Assembly (NCBI GenBank): GCA_043773745.1
Contig: JAYVEV010000132.1
Location: forward strand, 1,073-65,072
Source of the DNA: Burkholderiales bacterium
Lineage (GTDB): Bacteria; Pseudomonadota; Gammaproteobacteria; Burkholderiales; Usitatibacteraceae
Length of the DNA: 64,000 nucleotides
Direction of reading: 5' to 3'
The notes below the pieces were generated by a model that was given only the letters and a program-made list of their open reading frames with translations, ran no database searches and was not told the origin of the DNA. Below, piece after piece: positions 56,302 through 64,000 of the stretch (position 1 is the first letter of the stretch; each line of letters opens with the position of its first letter). Both the position numbers and the translations under genes were made by a program.

Positions 56302-57216
56302 ATGGTCGATTCATTACGACGTTTTTTTGATGGCGACCTTTGGTATAGCTTCAAGCGCAACCCACTGGTCATTATCGCCACTATCTTGGCCCTGATTTGC
56401 CTGCTGGCTGCCGCATTCGCGCCGTGGGTGGCACCGCACAATCCGTTTGATCTGAAGACGCTGAATTTACTGGATGCGTTCTCGCCCCCAGCCTGGACTG
56501 AAGCGGGTAAATCGCAGTTTTTGCTAGGCACTGATGATCAGGGCCGCGACGTGCTTTCCACCATCATGCACGGCTCTCGTGTGTCGCTGGTGGTGGGCAT
56601 CTGCGCGGTATTTTTATCGATGGTCATCGGCATCACGCTGGGCCTCATCAGTGGCTATGTGGGTGGTGCGGTGGATGCGTTCATCATGCGAGTAGCCGAT
56701 ATCCAATTGTCATTTCCGGCAATCTTGATTGCGCTGTTAATTGATGGCGTCGCCCGCGCCGTGATCGGTAAAGAGCATCATGATCAGGTGGCTGTCTATG
56801 TGCTGATTTTCGCGATTGCCGCCTCCGGCTGGGTGCAGTATGCCCGCACAGTACGGGGTTCTACGCTGGTTGAGCGCAACAAAGAATATGTACAGGCTGC
56901 GCGGGTGATTGGTCGGCGCTCGCTGGCGATTATGTTCTCGCATGTGTTGCCCAATGTGATGGGCCCGGTGATGGTGCTCGCCACCCTGCATGTCGGTACC
57001 GCCATCATTACCGAGGCAACGCTTTCATTCCTTGGTGTCGGTGTACCGCCTACTCAGCCTTCGCTTGGTACCCTGATACGCGTCGGCAATGATTTTTTAT
57101 TTTCCGGCGAATGGTGGATAACCGTATTCCCCGGTCTGGCGCTGGTGATTCTGGTGCTGTCAATTAACATCATCGGGGATTGGCTACGTGACGCCCTGAA
57201 CCCGAAACTTCGCTAA
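56302..57216 (+). CDS. ABC transporter permease (DppC/OppC-like)
   Basis: The ATG at 56302 lies 1 nt after the upstream stop. It has the DppC-like motif LLGTDDQGRDVLS and an EAA loop (EYVQAARVIG). Confidence 0.9.
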   Translation: MVDSLRRFFDGDLWYSFKRNPLVIIATILALICLLAAAFAPWVAPHNPFDLKTLNLLDAFSPPAWTEAGKSQFLLGTDDQGRDVLSTIMHGSRVSLVVGICAVFLSMVIGITLGLISGYVGGAVDAFIMRVADIQLSFPAILIALLIDGVARAVIGKEHHDQVAVYVLIFAIAASGWVQYARTVRGSTLVERNKEYVQAARVIGRRSLAIMFSHVLPNVMGPVMVLATLHVGTAIITEATLSFLGVGVPPTQPSLGTLIRVGNDFLFSGEWWITVFPGLALVILVLSINIIGDWLRDALNPKLR

Positions 57217-57234
57217 CGTTAAGCGCCGCACATC

Positions 57235-58257
57235 ATGACAACCCCTCTTTTACAAGTTAAAAATCTGCGGATTGAGTTTCCCACCCGACGCGGTACGCTG
57301 GTCGCGGTTGATGACATCAGCTTCGACATTGCCGCGGGTGAAGTGCTCGGCGTAGTGGGCGAATCTGGCGCGGGTAAATCACTCACCGGCGCAGCGGTCA
57401 TTGGTTTGCTGGAGCCCCCGGGCCGTATTGCCAGCGGTGAAATTATTTTCAACGGCAAGCGTATTGATAATTTACCGTTTGAAGAGATTCGTAAAATTCG
57501 CGGCCGCGAAATCGGCGCGATTTTTCAGGACCCGCTCACCTCATTGAACCCGCTTTACAGCATCGGCCGGCAGCTAACCGAAACGATCGAGACGCATTTG
57601 CCGCTTACCCACACCCAAGCGCGAGCAAGAGCGATTGAATTGCTGGAAGAAGTCGGCATTCCAGCTGCGGATAAACGCATTGATCATTACCCGCACCAAT
57701 TCTCGGGTGGCATGCGCCAGCGCGTGGTGATTTCATTGGCCCTGGCGGCCAACCCGAAACTCATCATTGCAGATGAGCCGACCACCGCGCTGGATGTGTC
57801 TATTCAGGCGCAGATCATCACGCTGCTTAAAAAACTCGGCCGCGAACACGGTACGGCCGTGATGCTGATTACTCACGATATGGGCGTGATTGCTGAAACG
57901 GCCGATCGGGTCGCGGTCATGTATGCGGGCCGCATTGCCGAAATCGGCCCGGTAGCCGAAGTCATTCATCATCCGCAGCATCCGTACACGATCGGACTGA
58001 TGGGTGCGATCCCAAGCGTTGGTGATAACAATGCACGCCTTGCGCAAATTGATGGTTCGATGCCGCGTCTGACGGCGATTCCGCGTGGTTGTGCTTTCAA
58101 CCCACGCTGTACTCGTGTTCAGGATGTACCGAATCAGCGCTGCACAACCGAGCGGCCGAGCTTGCTGCCAGCCGGCAAGACGATGGCATCTTGCTGGTTA
58201 CATGACAGCTCGCTCACAAAAATGGATTTGGCGGCCCGACAAAAGGTGATCGCATGA
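57235..58257 (+). CDS. ABC transporter ATP-binding protein (DppD/OppD-like)
   Basis: It has Walker A GESGAGKS, the signature FSGGMRQR, Walker [12 protein letters not shown] and a C-terminal oligopeptide-type Cys motif. Confidence 0.92.
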   Translation: MTTPLLQVKNLRIEFPTRRGTLVAVDDISFDIAAGEVLGVVGESGAGKSLTGAAVIGLLEPPGRIASGEIIFNGKRIDNLPFEEIRKIRGREIGAIFQDPLTSLNPLYSIGRQLTETIETHLPLTHTQARARAIELLEEVGIPAADKRIDHYPHQFSGGMRQRVVISLALAANPKLIIADEPTTALDVSIQAQIITLLKKLGREHGTAVMLITHDMGVIAETADRVAVMYAGRIAEIGPVAEVIHHPQHPYTIGLMGAIPSVGDNNARLAQIDGSMPRLTAIPRGCAFNPRCTRVQDVPNQRCTTERPSLLPAGKTMASCWLHDSSLTKMDLAARQKVIA

Positions 58258-59273
58258 GCGCCTCAAAAATATTGCTTGAAGTTACCGACGTCGCCAAAGA
58301 GTTTGATGTCTCCAGACCGTGGCTTAACCGGTTACTTGAAGGCCAGGACAAACAAATTCTCAAAGCTGTCGACGGAGTTAGTTTCAGCATCAACCGCGGT
58401 GAAACACTGGCACTGGTAGGCGAGTCGGGTTGCGGCAAATCGACCGTGGCACGGCTGGTGTGCGGCCTCTACACGCCTTCACGCGGCTCGATTGTGTTCG
58501 ACGGCACCGACATGGCCAAGGTCGGCAGTGATGAGCTGCGCGGCCTGCGAGCGCGCTTCCAGATGATTTTCCAAGATCCGTATGCCAGCCTGAATCCACG
58601 CTGGCGCGTTGGCAAAATTATTGCGGAGCCGATTTTATCGCATGGGCTGGCCACCAGCGGCGAAGCACTCAAAGCTCGGGTTGGCGAATTGCTTACCCAG
58701 GTTGGTTTGTCACCACTCGACGCCGATAAATTTCCGCATGAATTTTCGGGTGGCCAGCGTCAGCGCATTTCAATTGCGCGCGCCTTGTCTAGCAACCCTG
58801 AATTTTTAGTCTGCGATGAACCCACTTCTGCACTCGACGTATCGGTGCAAGCGCAGATTTTGAATTTGATGAAAGACCTGCAACGCGAGTTCGGGCTTAC
58901 CTATTTGTTCATTTCGCATAATCTGGCCGTGGTGTCGCATATTTCCACCCGCGTTGGCGTCATGTATCTGGGTCGTCTCGTCGAGGTAGCCGATACCCAA
59001 CGAATTTTTACGACGCCATTGCATCCCTACACGCAGATGTTGCAATCGGCCATTCCCGATTTAAAAATGACTGGAAAACAGCGTACACCGGTCGCCGGCG
59101 AAGTGCCCAATCCGCTGACTCCTCCCAGCGGCTGCACATTTCATCCGCGTTGCCCGCATGCAAATGAGCGCTGCAAGCGCGAGCGCCCCGAAATGATTTA
59201 CCATCCGGAAGGCGGCCAGGTGGCTTGTCATGCCGTTGAGGAAAAGCGTATAAACATCAAATTGGCAGCTTGA
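58254..59273 (+). CDS. ABC transporter ATP-binding protein (DppF/OppF-like)
   Basis: It has Walker [10 protein letters not shown], the signature FSGGQRQR, Walker [12 protein letters not shown] and the C-terminal motif [18 protein letters not shown] coupling links it to the upstream gene. Confidence 0.92.
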   Translation: MSASKILLEVTDVAKEFDVSRPWLNRLLEGQDKQILKAVDGVSFSINRGETLALVGESGCGKSTVARLVCGLYTPSRGSIVFDGTDMAKVGSDELRGLRARFQMIFQDPYASLNPRWRVGKIIAEPILSHGLATSGEALKARVGELLTQVGLSPLDADKFPHEFSGGQRQRISIARALSSNPEFLVCDEPTSALDVSVQAQILNLMKDLQREFGLTYLFISHNLAVVSHISTRVGVMYLGRLVEVADTQRIFTTPLHPYTQMLQSAIPDLKMTGKQRTPVAGEVPNPLTPPSGCTFHPRCPHANERCKRERPEMIYHPEGGQVACHAVEEKRINIKLAA

Positions 59274-59377
59274 TTCGTCACATAAGCCAAGCCACACAAA
59301 TCAAATAAATTGAGTTGCAAGCGGCGCCCATAAGCCGTAGGCAAATCAAAGATCGAACGAAGCTTTGGGGAGGTCGA

Positions 59378-59893
59378 TTGAGAGTTTTCTTTGCGGTATG
59401 GTTAGATGCCGATACGCTGACGGCGATTGAAGCCGTGCAGACGCGGCTGCTTGAAATCACCGGTGGCCGTCCGATAGTGCCAGAAACCATTCACCTCACT
59501 CTATCTTTTGTGGGGGAAATTGAACCCGACCGCCTGGATGAGTTGATTGTGATTGGCAATAAAATTCGCCAAAGATCGTTTCAATTTCACATCAACAAAA
59601 TCAGTTGTTTTGAAAAATCAAGAGTCGCGTGGGCCAGCTCCAAGCAAGTGCCCGAAGCGTTGCTGAAGCTGCAATCGACCATTGATAGCCAGGTGGTCAA
59701 GGCGGGATTCCCGCTCGATATCAGACCTTTCCGCCCGCATATTACCCTCATCCGCAATTTGCCCGCGGCGTTCGAAACTATGTCCACCCAGGAATTTACC
59801 TGGCCGATTACCGCCTTCTCGCTGGTGCAGGCCCATCAAAATACCAGCGGTATACCGTATGAAATTCTGCATGTTTGGCCATTAACGGGCTAA
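59378..59893 (+). CDS. thpR: RNA 2',3'-cyclic phosphodiesterase (2H phosphoesterase, ThpR/LigT)
   Basis: Two H-x-T-x motifs are present (IHLTLSF and PHITLIR). There is no in-frame ATG near the 5' end. The TTG at 59378 follows GGAGG (LRVFFAVW..., the typical family N-terminus). A TTG at 59315 is the alternative. Confidence 0.8.
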   Translation: MRVFFAVWLDADTLTAIEAVQTRLLEITGGRPIVPETIHLTLSFVGEIEPDRLDELIVIGNKIRQRSFQFHINKISCFEKSRVAWASSKQVPEALLKLQSTIDSQVVKAGFPLDIRPFRPHITLIRNLPAAFETMSTQEFTWPITAFSLVQAHQNTSGIPYEILHVWPLTG

Positions 59894-59914
59894 GCATGCC
59901 TGCGTGGTGTACCG

Positions 59915-60520
59915 TTATTTTTTTCCGGCCGAAGTAGGGCCAGGGGCGGAAGCGGCGGCAGGTGCTTTTGGCTTGAGCTGTTCAAGCCATGATGTCCAAT
60001 CGATAGGGCCATCATCGAAGCGTTTCTTAAGATTTTTCAGCACATTGGGCCAAGCCTTCGCAAAATACTCGAATGCCTTGTCCCACTCGCTGCCCTCGCC
60101 CCAACCAACATGGTGTATCGAAACATCTGTTAGCGCTTCACCACGCGCCACCATGCGCACGATCACCACGGTGCGCTGCTTGCGCGCCTCAGGCAATGAG
60201 GGCGGCGCATTCCAGGTAAAAGACAACATTTTTTTATCCTGAAAGCCAATCACACGCATCCCGTCGGCGCCCTTCAAGCCGGGTGCCGCGAATGGGTTCA
60301 TGTAAATTTGAAACGGGCCATCAACCCGCAACTCGACCTCGGCATCGGGGGCAAAAAATGTTTTGATGCCCTCGCTGGTTGTCCACGCTCTCCAAACTTC
60401 CTCCACGCTTGCTTTGACGGTTATTTTTTCATCGATAGCCCGTTCCTGCACTGGCACTGATGTTCCGCAGGCCGATAAAAACAATCCCCATATCAAAAAT
60501 ATAAAAAAAAGATTTTTCAT
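59915..60520 (-). CDS. SRPBCC/AHSA1-like domain lipoprotein
   Basis: I chose the ATG at 60520. It has a lipobox (LSAC) and an AHSA1-like core (ITVKASVEEVWRAWTTSEGIKTFF...). Confidence 0.7.
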   Translation of the reverse strand: MKNLFFIFLIWGLFLSACGTSVPVQERAIDEKITVKASVEEVWRAWTTSEGIKTFFAPDAEVELRVDGPFQIYMNPFAAPGLKGADGMRVIGFQDKKMLSFTWNAPPSLPEARKQRTVVIVRMVARGEALTDVSIHHVGWGEGSEWDKAFEYFAKAWPNVLKNLKKRFDDGPIDWTSWLEQLKPKAPAAASAPGPTSAGKK

Positions 60521-60543
60521 CAAAAACCCTTTGGCGCTAATGC

Positions 60544-61758
60544 TCATGATGTTCTCAAAACACGGGCGATCCGTTCAACTGCCTCTTGCAAACGCGCGAT
60601 ATTGTTCGTGTAGGCAATACGAATATAGCGCTCAGGATTATTTAAGCCAAAATCCTTGCCGGGTGTAATAGCGACATGCGCCTCCTGCAAAATACGTCGT
60701 GACAAGGCAAAACTGTCGTTCGCAATTTTTGAACAATCGGCATAAATGTAAAACGCCCCTTGCGGCTCCACCTCAATCACAAAACCCAGCTTACGCAGAG
60801 CGGGCATCAAAAAATTTCGTCTTGCTTCAAACTCGCGACGCCGCGCTTCAACAATCGCCAGCGTCTCTGGCAAAAACGCCGCAATAGCCGCATGCTGCGC
60901 CGGAGCGGATGGCGAGATAAATAAATTCTGCGCAAGCTTCTCGACCTCGCGCACATAAGACGGTGGCACCACCACCCAGCCGAGTCGCCAGCCAGTCATC
61001 TGAAAGTATTTGCTGAAGCTGTTGATGACAAATAAATTAGCTTGTGATTTTTCATCGCAGGATAGCGCGGTCGATGGCTCGACACCGTAGGTCAGCCCTT
61101 GGTAAATCTCGTCAACGATAAGCGTGCCGCCACGCGCAGTAACAGCTGTATGGATAGCCCGAAGTTCAGCCGTGCTTACCAACGTACCGGTCGGGTTTGA
61201 TGGTGTTGCCACCAGCGCCGCCACTGTTCGCGGCCCCCAATTTTCGTCGATATGTTTGGCCGTCAACTGATAACCATCATTAGCGCCGGCCAGAATGGTG
61301 TTTGGTACACCGCCCATGGCCCGCACGAAGTGGCGATTGCACGGATAACCCGGGTCGGCCATCAGTACTTCGTCGCCGTCATTAAGCAGCACGCCCATCG
61401 TCAGCAATAGCGCTGCGCTGGAGCCTGCGGTGACAATGATGCGGGCAGGATCGACCGTTACCTTATATTTACTTTGGTAGAACCCCGCGATCGCCTCACG
61501 CAGCGGCGGAATACCCAATGCCGAGGTGTAGAACATGGATTTTTCGTTTAGCGCGCGAATCGCGGCATCAACAATGGGTTGCGGCGTGGTGAAATCGGGC
61601 TCGCCGATTTCCATATGGATAACGTCATGGCCTTGACGTTCCAATTCGCGCGCGGCGGTTTGAATTTCCATTACCTCGAAAGGCGCAATATGAGACATTC
61701 GGTCAGCCAGACGATGCATTTTTTGTTGTGCTGCTTCAGCATTCATTTCCGCATTCAT
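60544..61758 (-). CDS. PLP-dependent aminotransferase, class I/II (aspartate/aromatic type)
   Basis: It contains IHMEIGEPDFTTP and the PLP-Lys block NSFSKYFQMTGWRLGW. The size is 404 aa. Confidence 0.88.
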   Translation of the reverse strand: MNAEMNAEAAQQKMHRLADRMSHIAPFEVMEIQTAARELERQGHDVIHMEIGEPDFTTPQPIVDAAIRALNEKSMFYTSALGIPPLREAIAGFYQSKYKVTVDPARIIVTAGSSAALLLTMGVLLNDGDEVLMADPGYPCNRHFVRAMGGVPNTILAGANDGYQLTAKHIDENWGPRTVAALVATPSNPTGTLVSTAELRAIHTAVTARGGTLIVDEIYQGLTYGVEPSTALSCDEKSQANLFVINSFSKYFQMTGWRLGWVVVPPSYVREVEKLAQNLFISPSAPAQHAAIAAFLPETLAIVEARRREFEARRNFLMPALRKLGFVIEVEPQGAFYIYADCSKIANDSFALSRRILQEAHVAITPGKDFGLNNPERYIRIAYTNNIARLQEAVERIARVLRTS

Positions 61759-61777
61759 TTGTGTGCTCGTTTTTTCA

Positions 61778-64000
61778 TTATTTTTGTATTTCTTCCCATA
61801 CCTTGCCCACGCGCTTCACGCTCACCGGATACAGCGTGCGCAGCTCCTGTGCAAACAAGCTGACGCGCAATTCCTCAACCAGCCAACGGTATTCGCAAAT
61901 ATTGGGTTCAAGCTGATTTTTCACGTCCAACCAATTTTGCCATAGCGGCCGAATGGATTTGTACTGTTCCAGATCGCGCTCCATCGCGCCCAACTTGGCT
62001 TTGTTGATGCGCATTGCAATCGCTTTCAGGTAGCGCGGATAATGAAGCAGCTGGCTACCGCGGGTTTCGCGCAAAAATTCTTTACCGAACAAATGCCGCA
62101 ATTGGTCTTCCACATCGGGGCCGATATGCTCCCAGCCTTTGACGTAACGCTCCGCCAACAGCTTCCTGATGTCCGCCACCAGCGAGAGTGATTCATCCAT
62201 CGCCGCACCAATAGCCTGGATATGGGCAATCACCTTTGATTTCATCGCATCGCGCATGCTGGCAAATAACACCGCATCACGAATCATTGGCTTATCATCG
62301 TCGCTATCCACGAAGCTCATCGCAAACGCGGCAAACACCAATTCGACTTTCAGAGCATCCTGCGCATGATTTTTCGCCTCGGGGAAAAAATTAGCGAATT
62401 GAAATGCGGCGACAGGCGAGACCTTGACAGCGCGTTCAGCGAACTTGGCTTGTTCAGCCAACTCCAGCATGAAAAGCCTTGTCAAGCCGCGCCGGTGGTT
62501 GAGATTGGCCAACAACGGTTCATCCAGAATGCGAATGGCCACATCAGTTTCATGATCCATCAATGCCGGATAACCATCGTAACGAATACCCGATTTTTCA
62601 AAATTAATTGTCTCGGGAATCTCGCCGGTTTCTTTCGGCCAAGCCTTTAACCCGTCCTGTTCCATGCGGTTACTGTGTAGTGTGGAAAATACCGTGCGCG
62701 AAGCATCAGCAAATTGCAATTTCAGCGCCGCGAAATCACGCGACATCGCCAGTTCTTTACCGTCCGCATCGACTATACAAAAGTTCATATTGAGATGCGG
62801 CGGAATACGCGCTAAATCCCATACGTCTTTTGGCGGCTCAATATTTTTGGCGCGTTTTAAGAAAGCGGTGAGAGCATCCGTCAGCGGTGTTTCAGCAACG
62901 GATAAATCACGCATACCATCTGCTTTTAAGATGTGCTCAATAAATTCACTAACCGTATCCGGCACCGGCACCAGCGGACTGCGTAAACGCTGCGGCAGGG
63001 TTTTAATAACGGCCGCCACTTTCTCCCGCAGCATACCCATCACCAGCCATTCAAAGCGCGCCGGTGGCACCTGATTCAGCACCGCAACCGGCAAGGTAAT
63101 GGTGACCCCATCCATCGGGTGGGTAGGCTCGAAACGATAGCTGAGAGGATAGGTGGCACCACGGGTTTTGAGCGTTTTAGGAAATAGCTCAAAGGTAATT
63201 TCCTGTGCGGTGCGACGCATCAACTGCTCCACCGTGAACTGCAAAATTTTTGGATTGGTACGTTCTGCCTCTTTACGCCAACGCTCAAAACCTGCCATGT
63301 TGACGATATCTGCCGGAATAATCGCGTCGTACAGCGCCACCATTTCCTCCTCGTCGATCAACACATCCTGGCGGCGGGCCTTATTTTCAATTTCCTCAAT
63401 TTCATCCACTAGGTGCAAATTGTGCTGCAAAAATTTGCCGTGCGTATCCACCTCGCCCGCGACCAGCCCCTGCCGAATAAAAATCTCCCGGGATTCAATC
63501 GGCTTAATGGCGCCGTAATGAATGCGCTTGCGCGGATTGACGATCAGGCCGTAAAGCGCCACCTGCTCGAACGCCACTACCTGCCCGCTTTTACGTTCCC
63601 AGTGCGGGTCAAAGTGGGTGCGCGTGACTAGGTGCGACGCAAGCTGCTCGATCCATTCCGGCTCAATACTCGCCACCGTGCGGGCATACACACGCGTGGT
63701 CTCAGTCAGCTCGGCGGCCATTACCCATTTCATGCGCGTCGCTTTCTGGCCCGCGTGCTGCTGTGCTGCGCGCGGCAATTGAAATTTTAGTGCGCGGGTG
63801 CCGAGATAGTGATCACCTTCCAGCGCCTTGGTGCCGACGTTGGCCAGCAGGCCGGTAAGCAGTGCGCGATGAATGTTTTCAAAACGGGCTGGCGCTTCAT
63901 TCAGCAACAAGCCAAGGGAAGTCACCATTTCAGACAACTGCGAATGCACATCACGCCACTCGCGCATACGCAACGGCGACAGGAAATTTTCGATCAGCAG
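61778..64000 (-). CDS. hrpA: ATP-dependent RNA helicase HrpA, C-terminal portion (5' end outside window)
   Basis: The frame stays open to nt 64000 (..LLIENFLSPLRMREWRDVHSQL). The HrpA-specific C-terminal DUF3418-like region ends ..YPVSVKRVGKVWEEIQK. Confidence 0.88.
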   Translation of the reverse strand: MLIENFLSPLRMREWRDVHSQLSEMVTSLGLLLNEAPARFENIHRALLTGLLANVGTKALEGDHYLGTRALKFQLPRAAQQHAGQKATRMKWVMAAELTETTRVYARTVASIEPEWIEQLASHLVTRTHFDPHWERKSGQVVAFEQVALYGLIVNPRKRIHYGAIKPIESREIFIRQGLVAGEVDTHGKFLQHNLHLVDEIEEIENKARRQDVLIDEEEMVALYDAIIPADIVNMAGFERWRKEAERTNPKILQFTVEQLMRRTAQEITFELFPKTLKTRGATYPLSYRFEPTHPMDGVTITLPVAVLNQVPPARFEWLVMGMLREKVAAVIKTLPQRLRSPLVPVPDTVSEFIEHILKADGMRDLSVAETPLTDALTAFLKRAKNIEPPKDVWDLARIPPHLNMNFCIVDADGKELAMSRDFAALKLQFADASRTVFSTLHSNRMEQDGLKAWPKETGEIPETINFEKSGIRYDGYPALMDHETDVAIRILDEPLLANLNHRRGLTRLFMLELAEQAKFAERAVKVSPVAAFQFANFFPEAKNHAQDALKVELVFAAFAMSFVDSDDDKPMIRDAVLFASMRDAMKSKVIAHIQAIGAAMDESLSLVADIRKLLAERYVKGWEHIGPDVEDQLRHLFGKEFLRETRGSQLLHYPRYLKAIAMRINKAKLGAMERDLEQYKSIRPLWQNWLDVKNQLEPNICEYRWLVEELRVSLFAQELRTLYPVSVKRVGKVWEEIQK

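Noticed and set aside
1-64000. Scan for tRNA/rRNA genes, CRISPR arrays, IS elements, integrases and prophage remnants
   Set aside because: I noticed no T-loop-like GGTTCGAATCC (or its complement) in an intergenic context and no regularly spaced direct repeats. No transposase-, integrase- or phage-like ORF appears in the six-frame track. Every large ORF is accounted for by the features listed.

Overview
This 64-kb chromosomal segment is densely coding and looks betaproteobacterial, probably Burkholderiales-like. That placement rests on gene content: a BPH-type proteasome homolog, a cysI-DUF934-cysH-cysD-cysN-cobA operon with a divergent CysB/SsuR-type regulator, and a silDCBA-type metal efflux operon. 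I call about 52 protein-coding genes. By eye I found no rRNA, tRNA, CRISPR array, IS element or integrase. Gene order: fimV (5' end outside the window), PilZ-domain protein, rnfH-ratA / smpB, DMT transporter, dapD, pilT/pilU-like ATPase, cupin, a small Cys/Met-rich ORF with CusC-like/SilB-like/CusA heavy-metal RND efflux genes, patatin lipoprotein, lipoprotein, hppD-hmgA-FAH-phhA (Phe/Tyr catabolism through homogentisate), yqaA, then the cysB-like regulator divergent from tauE-cysI-DUF934-cysH(APS type)-cysD-cysN-cobA. Next come an orphan family-5 solute-binding protein divergent from an M61 peptidase, gabD, ggt, an FKBP lipoprotein, a TSUP transporter, a CinA-like protein, BPH-hslR-yceI (minus strand, overlapping) and a DUF606 gene. 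After these lies a three-gene minus-strand cluster at 42.0-51.4 kb, followed by two tandem family-5 binding proteins with a dppBCDF-like ABC importer, thpR, an SRPBCC lipoprotein, an aminotransferase and the 3' part of hrpA. The 42.0-51.4 kb cluster is the most interesting region. It encodes a TPR + beta-barrel protein shaped like a Slam/DUF560 (type 11 secretion) translocon. Seventeen nt downstream is a signal-peptide protein that combines a FecR domain with two internally duplicated TbpB-like barrel modules. The third gene encodes an ~1,800-aa beta-helix / FN3 / LamG / Ig-like / Cys-pair-repeat protein with no recognisable sorting signal. I do not recognise this combination as a described system. 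All family assignments come from motif recognition by eye, since no searches could be run. Start codons were chosen from RBS context or gene overlap and may be off by a few codons.
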